A stretch of 64,000 bases of DNA from an uncultured Gammaproteobacteria bacterium (GCA_963819545.1 CAWFWJ010000005.1:133905-197904), one strand, 5' to 3'. Shown: positions 41,038 through 55,449, counted from the first letter of the stretch. Translations and numbers: made by a program. Notes: generated by a model from the letters alone, not told the origin.

Positions 41038-42386
41038 CCGGTCCCGGTGGATCGGTGAGGTCTCGATGCCGATGCGTCCAGGACCTTGTGGCGCATGACG
41101 AGGTTCCAGGTGATCAAAGTCATCGACGTCGCGACGGCGGCGCCAATGGCGCCCCAGATCGGGGTCAGCGACAAGTTTAGCACGAGGTTGATCGACGCGC
41201 CAAGGAAGATCGCCCTGGTTGTATCGCGCTCGTGGCCAGTCATGTTCAGGAGCGAAGCGACCGAGCCCATGGAGGCATTGATGAGTTGACCGGCACATAG
41301 AATGACGAGCGGAACGTACGCATCCTTGAACTCCGGCCCAAATGCGAATTCGAATGAAAAACTTTCCGAAAGCACGATCAGGATGACGGACACCAGCGCG
41401 AACAGGGCCACCGCCTGCGAGCTTTTCGTGATCATCTTCTGCAGCTTCTTCATGTCCCCGGTCGCGTAGAGGTGCGCCACGTGCGGGCCCTGAATGGCGT
41501 TGACCGTCTTCAGGCCGAAGATGACCAGCAGGGCAATCTGCATCGCGACTCGATAGATGCCGACTTCGGAGTGGTCGCGGAACATGCCCAATGCCAGGAT
41601 GTCGGTCCGCCCGTTGATCAACTGCAGCGCGGCGGTCATTCCGAACGGTATGCAGCTTTGCAGCCAGAGCGACGCCTGGAACCGGGGCGTCGCGCGGGCG
41701 ACTTCCGGGGGCCGGTGGCGAAGAACAGGAAGACGCCGCATAAGAACGCAATGGTCACCGAGCCGACCTGCGCCAGCATCGCGTCATCGGCGGAATCGAG
41801 GCTGCGGCCGAACAATGGAAGCAGCAGGAGAAGCGCGAGCAGGGCCGCAGGCCGGATGACCTGTTCAGGCAGCTGGCCCAGGATGACTTTCCGCAGACCG
41901 CGGAGCATGGAGCCGCGAAGCGCCCCAAGCGAAATGAGCGGCACCAGCAGGAGTGCCATCCACATGGCCTTCAGCTTTGCCGGCTCGAAGCGGTCGCCCC
42001 ACAGGTACAAGGCAGCTCCGCCGGCGACGATGAGCACGAGGCTCAGCACGCCCGTCATGCGGTGCGCCCAGTTGAGGAAGCCGCGCATGTGACCCCAGTC
42101 CTTGCGGGCATTCGCCACGGCAACTTCGCGCACGGCGAGATTCGGGATCCCGAGTTCAGAAGGGATACAAAAAAAGGCGACGAGAGCCATCACCAATGAG
42201 TAGGTGCCGTACCCGGATGGACCGAGGGATTTCGCCAGCACCATCGCGACGAGGAATCCAATGCCGCTGAAAGCAAGCCTGAGGCCGGTGGTGCCGAGTG
42301 ACGCCCTTGACGAGGGCCGAACCGAGCTTCCCCTGGCGTGCCAGCCGAGCGTCGACGCGCTTCACGATCTGCTTGAAGCTAATCAT
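41032..42386 (-). pseudogene. Wzx-type (MOP superfamily) polysaccharide flippase no. 2, frameshifted
   Basis: MISFKQIVKRVDARLARQGKLGSALVKGV, VLAKSLGPSGYGTYSLVMALVAFFCIPSELGIPNLAVREV, IGAAVATSMTLITWNLVMRHKV, over three frames. Confidence 0.7.
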
Positions 42387-42468
42387 GCGCAGGAATTGTA
42401 GCCTGCGAGCGAGGCGAGGAGGCGTTGCGCGCGAGGTCGCGCACGCGCTGTCAATTGCGTGCTAATTG

Positions 42469-44010
42469 TCAGTTGACGATCACGAGCACGACGATCGCGA
42501 GAAGCGTGATGCCGCCGGCGAGCGCGAAGTCGACCACTCGCTTGCGCCGCATTCCGTAGTGTTCTGCATCGGCGGAATGTGCGCGAATGGTTGCGCCCCG
42601 GCGAGCGCGACGACGTCCGAGCTGCCGCGGACGGTCGTGTCGGTCGCATTCATGATGAAAGCCGTGCCGATGCCGGCGCGCGATCGCAAGCACGATCGCG
42701 AGGAACATCAGCGCGACGCGATCCGGCTCGATCGGGTCTGTCCGGGATCCGCGCAGGATTGATCAGGACGTAGGTTTCGGTGGCCGACGAGCCGGCCGCC
42801 TTGCTGCGCAGCTCCGCCGATCGCCTGCTGCGCGCGCATCTGCTCATACTGCGACTTGATGACCTCGTAGTCGCGCACGAGCTCCTGGTACTGTTCCTCG
42901 AGCCGCGGCGAAAGCGTGACCGCGCCTTGCAGCGCTGTAGAGCTGGCTCGAGATCGCGGCGCGGCGCGCCGAAAGTTCCCGGATTTCGATGGCTGCCGCA
43001 GTTCGACTGGCGACTCGAGCTGGATGATAGGCCGGGTTCGTCGGCGGCGCCTGCCGGCCGCCTGCGGCTTCCGTCGCTCAACGTCGCGATCTCGCGCCGC
43101 AAGCGTCGAACATCCGGGTGGTCCTCGCTGTACTTCGCAAGCGCGGCGACGAGTTCCTGCTGGGCGGCGGCCAGCCGATCGGCGCCGCCCATGACGATCT
43201 GGCCGGTCTCGTCGATCGTACGGCGACTGTCGCGCGGCGTGTCGCGAAGCTGGGCGTCGAGCAGGTCCCTGCGGGCCCGCGCCGCGCGCAGGTCGGCATC
43301 GATCGCCGCGAGCTCGCGCTCGAGGGACATCGCGCGATCCTGGTTCCTCACGCGATCGTCCGGCAGACCGCCCGGGTTCTTCTCCCGGAACTCGGTCAAG
43401 CTTGCGCCTCGCGCACGCGAAGCTCCTCGGCGAGCCGCTCGGACTCGGATTTGGCGAATTCGATCGAGCGCTGGGCGTCTTCCTTGGCCTGCGTCGCGCT
43501 CGAGGAGACGAAGAGGTCCGCCAGCTCGTTGGCGACGTCCGTCGGCAGCCTTCGGGATCGGAATGCCAGAATCCGACGTCGAAGGCGTAGGTCAGTTCGG
43601 CGGAGCGCATCGATGCGCGGGTCGATGACGCCCGTGACCTGCGGCGTGATGAAGACATTCTCCTTGAACTCAGCGATCTGGGTTTCGTCCGGCGGCTGTC
43701 GCCCTCGAAGTCCGTACAGCTTGTAGCTGTTTGATCAGAGCGCTGACGTTTTCGTCGGTCAGCACGCGCTGGCGAGTGCGCTGCAGGCGCTGCTCGACGT
43801 ACTCCTGCGTGCCCGCGCCGCCGGCCAGTTCGACCGGCATGTCCATGTTGCTCGATGAGCAGCGTCGCCCTGGATTCGTAGACCGCCGGCAGCAGAAACA
43901 CGAAGCAGGTCATGGCCAGCAGCACGGCAAACGCAGCGATTGCGGCGGGTCGCGCGCGTTTCCTGAGGATCTTGCAGGAAATCGAGAAACGTCTGTTCGT
44001 CTGCTTTCAT
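42469..44010 (-). pseudogene. Wzz/GumC-type polysaccharide chain-length determinant (PCP, membrane-periplasmic part), frameshifted
   Basis: MKADEQTFLDFLQ at 44010. N-terminal TM LLAMTCFVFLLPAVYESRATLLIEQ. Long coiled-coil segments (LERELAAIDADLRAA, VRRLRREIATL). C-terminal TM FALAGGITLLAIVVLVIVN. Confidence 0.7.
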
Positions 44011-44012
44011 GT

Positions 44013-45005
44013 CCCGCTCCGCCTCGAAGTAACCAACTGCCCCTGCCTGAAAGCTCAGCACCGAATCGATCTGGTAGTCACGGACCTGCCGGGCGTGCGT
44101 GAAGATGATCAGTTCGCCGAGCAGCCCGAGCGCGAAGAGCTGCAGTCCCAGCACGACCAGCAGCGTCGAAAGCAGCAGCGCCGGCCGCTGCGTCAGACCC
44201 TGGCCGAAGAACAGTCGTTCGATGACGAGCCAGGTCACGAGCAGGGCGCCGATCGCGAACAGCGTGACGCCTATCATGCCGAAAAACCGCAGCGGCTTCT
44301 TGGTGAAGCGCACCAGGAAGAAGACCGTGAATATGTCCAAAAACCCGCGCGCATAGACGCGGGGCTCGTAGATGCCCTCGTGGCGGTCCTTCGGCGACTG
44401 GCGGACGTCCATCTCGCTGACACGGAAACCCTTGCGGTCGGCCAGCACCGGCAGGAAGCGATGCTGGTCGCCGTAGAGCTGGATTTCCTCCAGCACGCGC
44501 CGGTCGAAGGCGCGGGCGCCGCAGCCGAGGTCGCGGTAACTGAGGCCGGTGACCCAGGCAAGCAGGCCGTGGAATGCCCCGCGGCGCATGCGCTCGAACG
44601 GGCCGCCGGCGCGCGGCCAGCGACGCGCGATGGCGAGGTCGCAGTCGCTCGAGCGCCGCGACGAGCTTCGGCAATTCTCGACGCCTCGATCTGGAAGTAG
44701 GCGGGCAGGGTGACGATGACGCTGGCCGGTGGCCTGCTCGAAGCCCGGCCATGATGGCGGTCGCCTCGCCGAACGTGCGCGTGAGGCTCACGACCGTGAT
44801 GCGGTGCGCCGTCGGCCGCCAGTCGCTTGAGGCCCGGCCGCGAAATCTTCGCGCGGGCCGTCGAGCACGAAGATCATTTCGTAGCGTCGGCCGAGCGCGT
44901 CGAGGCCGGCGCGGTACTCGGCGTAAAGCTCGACGGGATCCGCATGCCGGCCGCCGACCGGAATGATCACCGACAGGTCGACGGGCTGACTGCGGGTTCA
45001 CTCAT
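44013..45005 (-). pseudogene. GtrB/ArnC-like polyprenyl-phosphate glycosyltransferase (GT2) no. 2, frameshifted
   Basis: ATG 45005 overlaps the upstream stop by 8 nt. DLSVIIPVGGRHADPVELYAEY, LSYRDLGCGARAF, QLYGDQHRFLPVLA. Two C-terminal TM helices with GELIIF. Confidence 0.65.
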
Positions 45006-45969
45006 GCGGAATGCTTCTCCAGACCTTGCCGGTCAGGCGCGAGAAATCCAGGTCGCGCACGTCGCCGGAACGGTAAATGAGCTCGCCGAGGACGCCGCCG
45101 CAGATCAGGATGAAGGCGGACATCAGCAGCAGGACGCCGGTGCCGGCCACCGGCAGCGACATGCCGACATCCGTCGCGGCCCAGCGCCACAGCGCATAGC
45201 CGAGTGCGATCGAACCGAGCGCGACGAGCGGCATGGCCAGCAGGCTGAACCAGAGCAGCGGCCGCGAGGTGAACGAGGCGACCGTCTTGATCACCATGAG
45301 ATCGAGCAGAACCTTGTAGATGCGCGACAGGCCGTACTTGGACTGGCCGAACTGGCGCGCGTGGTGGCGGACCTTGATTTCGGCGATGCGCGGGCCGGCG
45401 ATCGATGCCATCGCCGGGATGAAACGGTGCATCTCGGAGTACAGCGGGATTTCCTTGATCAGCGCCCCGCGGTAGGCCTTCAGCGAGCAGCCGTTGTCCT
45501 TGATCGGCACGCCGGTGACCTTGCCGATCAGCCAGTTCGCGATCCGTGACGGGATCTTGCGCGAGATCAGCTTGTCCTGCCGGTTGAAGCGCCAGCCGAC
45601 GACGATGTCGTAGCCCTCGTCGATCTTGGCCAGGAAATGCTCGATGTCCTTGGGGTCGTTCTGCAGGTCGCCATCCATCGTCACGAGCACCCGGCCGTGG
45701 GCCTGCTCGATGCCGGCCGCCATGGCCGGGGTCTGGCCATAGTTGCGGCGGAACTTGACGACACGCACCCGTTCGTCCTGCCGCGCGATCTCGGTCGCCA
45801 CTTCGAGCGTGCGGTCCCGGCTGCCGTCGTCCACGAAGACCATCTCGAATGGGATGCCGAGCGGCTCCACGGCCTCCACGATCGCCGCGTGCATGGCGCG
45901 TATGCTTTCCTCTTCGTTGTAGAAGGGCACGATCACGGACAGGTCGGGCTCGGATGTCATACGCTTCAT
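44998..45969 (-). CDS. GtrB/ArnC-like polyprenyl-phosphate glycosyltransferase (GT2) no. 1
   Basis: Intact 323-aa ORF. LSVIVPFYNEEESI, VFVDDGSRDRT, RRNYGQTPAMAAGI, TMDGDLQNDP. Two C-terminal TM helices with GELIY. Confidence 0.85.
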   Translation of the reverse strand: MKRMTSEPDLSVIVPFYNEEESIRAMHAAIVEAVEPLGIPFEMVFVDDGSRDRTLEVATEIARQDERVRVVKFRRNYGQTPAMAAGIEQAHGRVLVTMDGDLQNDPKDIEHFLAKIDEGYDIVVGWRFNRQDKLISRKIPSRIANWLIGKVTGVPIKDNGCSLKAYRGALIKEIPLYSEMHRFIPAMASIAGPRIAEIKVRHHARQFGQSKYGLSRIYKVLLDLMVIKTVASFTSRPLLWFSLLAMPLVALGSIALGYALWRWAATDVGMSLPVAGTGVLLLMSAFILICGGVLGELIYRSGDVRDLDFSRLTGKVWRSIPHE

Positions 45970-46003
45970 TTTCGCAGCCTAAGCGCTGCAACGGCTCGGT
46001 CTT

Positions 46004-47219
46004 ATGTCACGAAACCAGAAAGGCGCAGCAGATCAATAAGTTAAGAATTGCTGTCGTTGCGGCCTGTCCGTTTCCCGTGCCGCGAGGCACTCCCATACGC
46101 ATCCTGCGGCTGGCGGAGGCCGATTGCCGACCGTGGGCACGAGGTCCACGTCGCGACCTACCACCTCGGCTCTGGACCGGTGGCGCCCAACGTCCACGTT
46201 CACCGAATCGGCGACGTGCCGTTCGTACCGCAAGCTCGGCCCGGGTCCGACCTCGCAGAAGCTGCTCCGGGTCGATCCGGCACTGACCCTGCTGCTGCGC
46301 AGGCTCCTTCGCAGCCGATCGTTTGACATTATCCATGCCCACCACTTCGAGGGCCTCCTGGTCGGCGCGGCCGCGCGAGTCGGGCTCGACGTACCGCTGG
46401 TGTTCGACGCCCACACGCTGCTGATGTCGGAATTGCCCTACTACTCGCTCGGGCCTGCCGGCGTCAGCCAAAGCGGGCATGGGCCGATGGATGGATCGCT
46501 GGATGCCGCGGTCTCGCCGAGCACACGGTCTGCGTGACGGAGACGATTCGGGACAAGCTGGTCGAGCAGGCGGGCATGGATCCGGGCAAGGTCTCGGTCG
46601 TCGCGAATGGCACCGAGGTCGATCACTTCGACCCGGCAAGAGCCAGGACCGACGCAGGCCCTTGGACGGCAAGACGCTGATTTTCACGGGAAACCTGGCC
46701 GAGTATCAGGGCATCGATCTGATGCTAAAGGCTTTCCGACATGTCGTTGCCCGCGTGACCGATGCACGCCTCGTGATTGCCACGGACTCGTCGTTTGCAC
46801 CCTACGAAGACCTCGCGCGCGAACTGGGGATTCGCGATCGGATCGACCTGATCGAGTCGCCAGCCTTTGGCGAGTCTGCCGGGATTGCTGGCGGGCGCGG
46901 ATATCGCCCTCAATCCACGGACAAATTGCGATGGCGTGCCCGTCAAGCTCCTGAACTACATGGCGGCCGCCCGGCCGGTGGTTTCGTTCGACTCGGCGGC
47001 GCCCGGGCGTGACGACATGGCCGGACCGGCTGGCTGGTCGAGAGCGGCAACGTCGAAGCGTTCGCCGACGGAATCGTAGGACTCCTACAAGACTCCGCGT
47101 CGAGCGGAGGAGATTGGCCGGGCGGCGAGGGATTATGTCATCGAGAATTTGCAGCTGGCCGAAGGCTGCGGAGCACTGCGAGCGAATTGTATCGGGACCT
47201 TCGGAGTCGTATGACATAA
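46004..47219 (+). pseudogene. family 4 (GT-B) glycosyltransferase, frameshifted
   Basis: LRIAVVAACPFPVPRGTPIRILRLAEA, IIHAHHFEGLLVGAAA, LIFTGNLAEYQGIDLMLKAF, LNPRTNCDGVPVKLLNYMAAARPVV. Likely end ELYRDLRSRMT with TAA 47217-47219. Confidence 0.65.
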
Positions 47220-47227
47220 CAAAGCTG

Positions 47228-47245
47228 TTGGACAATATTCCGCAC
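47228..47245 (+). promoter_or_regulatory. weak sigma-54 (-24/-12)-like promoter candidate
   Basis: TTGGACAATATTCCGCA: GG (47230-31) and GC (47242-43) at the canonical GG-N10-GC spacing, about 45 nt upstream of ATG 47287. Other consensus positions are poor. Confidence 0.25.
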
Positions 47246-47286
47246 GATGCCGTTAAGATGCGCTCAGGCACACAGGAGGTGTGGCC

Positions 47287-47598
47287 ATGGGCTTCAATCT
47301 CTCCAACTGGTTCCTGCGCAAGAGGATCGACGCGCAGGTGCGCAAGTCCGGCCGGCCGATGGAGCATCGCCGGGTCGTCAATCCCTATCACGCGGTGAGC
47401 ATCGAGCCCGGCTCGAAGTGCTGCGATGATGCCGGCAAGCTCGAAGGCCGGCGTTTCCTCGCATCCACTGCGCCGATGCTGCCGCTGCCCGGTTGCACGT
47501 CCGCCACCTGCCAGTGCCGCTACACGCACTACAACGACCGCCGCAGCGACGCGCGACCGGCGCGTCCTGACGCACACATCCGTACGCCCACAAAATGA
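47287..47598 (+). CDS. small Cys-rich protein of unknown function
   Basis: Intact ORF. AGGAGG lies 8 nt before ATG 47287. HAVSIEPGSKCCDDAGKLEGRRFLASTAPMLPLPGCTSATCQCRYTHYNDRR. A paralogous fragment is at 11893..12183(-). Confidence 0.6.
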   Translation: MGFNLSNWFLRKRIDAQVRKSGRPMEHRRVVNPYHAVSIEPGSKCCDDAGKLEGRRFLASTAPMLPLPGCTSATCQCRYTHYNDRRSDARPARPDAHIRTPTK

Positions 47599-47638
47599 GC
47601 GACAGGCGCATGACAGGCGGCGGCCGCCGCATGACCGA

Positions 47639-48929
<1,291 letters not shown>

Positions 48930-48933
<4 letters not shown>

Positions 48934-49545
48934 GGCCGCGGCTCCGTGGTGCCGCCTTCGAGCGTCGCGATGGCCTCGAGCTTGGCCTCGGCGCGCTCGA
49001 GTTCGCGCCGCAGCCGATCCTTCTCGGCCGATCTCGGCCTGCAGCCGCCGGTTGAGGTCGGCGATCCGGTCAGTCGGTCTGAGTTCGAATGGCTGCCGCT
49101 GCGCAGCGTCTCGTTCTCGCGCGTGAGTGCGAGCCGCGCGTCGAGGTCGCGGACCATCAGTTCGGCCAGCGCCCGCTCCGAGGGCAGCAGGGTCTCCGGC
49201 GTCGCCAGCGCTTCGCCGAGCAGCGCCCGGGCGCCGGCCGGGTCGCTCGCGGCATGGCCCGGCACGGCCAGCACGAAGGCGTAGCGCAGGCGTTTGCTGG
49301 GTCGAGGGATCGGCGAGGTAGGCGCTCGCGCGTCGCCTCGAGGATCTCGGCCTGCTCGGCCGCGCCGCCGCGCCCCAGCCGGTCGAGCGTCGCGAGAGTA
49401 GCCGGCGACGATCTGGCCGTCGTCGGTGAGCGAGACCGGGGTCGTGTCCTTGCGCTTCTTGAGGCCGCGACCAGTCGTCCACGTTCTTGCAGCCCGCGAC
49501 GAGGCCGGCGGCGAGGAGCAGACGAGCAGGCGATGAGACGCTCAT
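48930..49545 (-). pseudogene. lipoprotein located between the kinase and regulator genes (QseG/YfhG-like position), frameshifted
   Basis: MSVSSPARLLLAAGLVAGC lipobox at ATG 49545 (ATGA overlap with the kinase stop). Coiled-coil EKDRLRRELERAEAKLEAIATLE near the C-terminus. The call rests mainly on gene order. Confidence 0.45.
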
Positions 49546-50991
49546 GCCGCATGGGCGGACTCCCGTCGCGTCGCGGCCGGCAGGCGGATGCGCAGGTGCG
49601 CGCCCGGGAACTGGCCGGTGACGATCTCGACGGTTCCGCCGTGGGCCTCGACGAATTCGCGCACGACCGAAAGGCCGATGCCCGTGCCCTTGAGCGGGCC
49701 GCCCTGCGGCGTCGTTGCCGGAATAGAACGCGTCGAACACCTTGTCGCGCTCGTCGGCGTCGATGCCGGGGCCGGTGTCGGCGAAGTCGATGACGGTCGT
49801 CGCGCCGTCCGGATAGGCATGCAGGTGGATCGTGCCGCCGCGCGGCGTGAACTTGAGCGCATTCGACAGCAGGTTCTCGAGCACGAGCTTGAGCTTCGCC
49901 CGGTCGGCGACGAGGTGCAGCTCGGCGACGTGCAGGTCGAGCGTGAGGTTGCGCGCCGCCATCGCGAGACGCTGGCTGTCGACCACGGTGCCGACCAGCG
50001 AGCCCAGGCGGAACGAGGTCAGCTCGACGCTGCTCGCGCGCGACTTCCAGGCGCTGTAGGAGAGCAGGTTCTCGATCAGCTGCTGCAGGCGCAATCGCGT
50101 TCTCGCGCAGGATCGAGGCGACCTCGCGCTGGTTCTCGTCGATCGGGCCGACGGCGCCGTCGAGCAGGAGATCGGTGCCCTCGCGGATGTTCGCGAGCGG
50201 CGTCTTGAGCTCGTGCGACATGTGCCGCAGGAAGCGGTTGCGCTCGAGCGCGATGTCGAGGAGCCGGGTGCGCAGCCATTCGAGCTGGCGGCCGAGCGCG
50301 GCGAGGTCGGCCGGGCCGCTGATCGCGATCGCATGCGAGAACGCGCCGCGGCCGAGGTCGCTGATCGCGCGATCGATGGCACGGAGCGGCCGCAGCACGT
50401 AGAACCAGAAGATGCCGGCGATGCGCGAGTGCGGCCGGCACCAGCGCCATGATCGCCCACAGCAGGCCCTGCTGGGTCGCGCTCGCCTCGCGCTCGACCT
50501 GGCTTAGGCGCGCGTCGATGCCGAGGCGGGCCTGCTCGGCGAGCCCGTTGGCCTCGACGCCGAGCGACGCTGAAGCGCGCTCACGACGGGTCGAGGCGGG
50601 CGCTCGGCGGCGGCCGGCGTGGACCAGGCTGACGGCGTGGCGTCGCCAGCCTCGCGTACCTGGGCGATGTCGGGCTCCGGCACGTAGTCGGCGAGCTTGC
50701 TCGAGCGTGCGGCTGAAGGCTGCGTAGTTCGAATCGAAGGCCGTGGCGAGCGCGCGGGTCGTTCAGCACGCGATAGAGGTTCGCGGCGCGCTCCATCGCG
50801 GCGATGTTCTGGAACAGGACCTGGGTGTGCTGGGTGAGCGCGATGCTGTCCCGCACCAGCACGTCGCTGGTGCGCGAGAGCTGGCGCAACTGCACGCCGC
50901 CGTAGACGAGCGCCGCCGTCAGCGGCAGCACGATCAGGAGGAGGGCCGCCGACAGCAGCCCGCTCAGGGACTGTGGGCGGATCGTGGTCAT
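49542..50991 (-). pseudogene. glrK: sensor histidine kinase GlrK (QseE)-like, frameshifted
   Basis: MTTIRPQSLSGLLSAALLLIVLPLTAALV...NIAAMERAANLYRVLNDP. H-box HMSHELKTPLANIREG. N/G boxes LENLLSNALKFTP, DTGPGIDADERDKVFDAFY, GTGIGLSVVREFVEAHGG. Confidence 0.7.
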
Positions 50992-51007
50992 GCTGCCTAT
51001 GGTACCG

Positions 51008-53042
<2,035 letters not shown>

Positions 53043-53065
53043 ATCAATCAGTTAGGCAGTGTTCC

Positions 53066-53419
53066 TGATCAGCTCTGGTTTTCGGTGAGCCGGACGCGCC
53101 GTCCATCGCGGATATGCTGGATGGTCAGACTCTCGTTGCGCCCGCGCTCATCGTCTACGAGGTCGGCAATACCTGCTGGAAGAAGTGCCGGCGGGACCCC
53201 GCGTCGGCGGCCAATCTGCGCCAGGCCTTTGCCGACATGCTGCGCCTCGAAATCCAGCTGCTGGCAATCGAGCCGGCGCAGGTGCTTGTACTGGCGGAAA
53301 AAAGTGAAATCACGTTCTACGATGCCGCCTACTTATGGCTCGCCGATCGCCTGAAGGCCCGATTGGTGACGCTCGACCGCCGTCTCGAGCAATTGTTCAA
53401 GGCATCGTCCGCACGCTGA
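53066..53419 (+). pseudogene. vapC: PIN-domain VapC-like toxin remnant (5' end disrupted)
   Basis: GTG 53066 gives VFLI, then a frame change to ALVFGEPDAPSIADMLDGQTLVAPALIVYEVGN...ITFYDAAYLWLADRLKARLVTLD. The region around the first catalytic Asp is lost. No antitoxin ORF fits in the 24 nt upstream. Confidence 0.6.
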
Positions 53420-53442
53420 GTTACAATCCGCGCCCTTTCATT

Positions 53443-53523
53443 CTGAAGGGGACGTTCACCTTTAAAGGAAACGATCACTTTCAGCGACTAGAGCGTTCCC
53501 GTAAAGGTGAACGTCCCCTTCAG
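53443..53523. repeat. REP-like inverted repeat pair (site 1)
   Basis: CTGAAGGGGACGTTCACCTT (53443-53462) and its inverse AAGGTGAACGTCCCCTTCAG (53504-53523). A degenerate direct copy is at 53464-53481. Confidence 0.85.
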
Positions 53524-53524
53524 A

Positions 53525-55344
<1,820 letters not shown>

Positions 55345-55347
55345 CCC

Positions 55348-55449
55348 TAAAGGGGACGTTCACCTTCCTGAAGGGGACGTTCACCTTCGAAGTGGAATGC
55401 CGCCCCCTAAGGTGAACGTCCCCTTCAGGAAGGTGAACGTCCCCTTCAA
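55348..55449. repeat. REP-like array, two forward plus two inverted units forming a nested ~100-nt hairpin (site 2)
   Basis: Forward units at 55349-55367 and 55369-55389. Inverted units at 55409-55427 and 55429-55449. Starts 4 nt after the typA stop. Confidence 0.85.

Noticed and set aside
24001-42386. Calling the lower-G+C core a mobile genomic island
   Set aside because: No integrase, transposase, tRNA attachment site or flanking direct repeats are present. The gene content is fully integrated into the EPS pathway. It is treated as a recombination-exchanged locus core instead.
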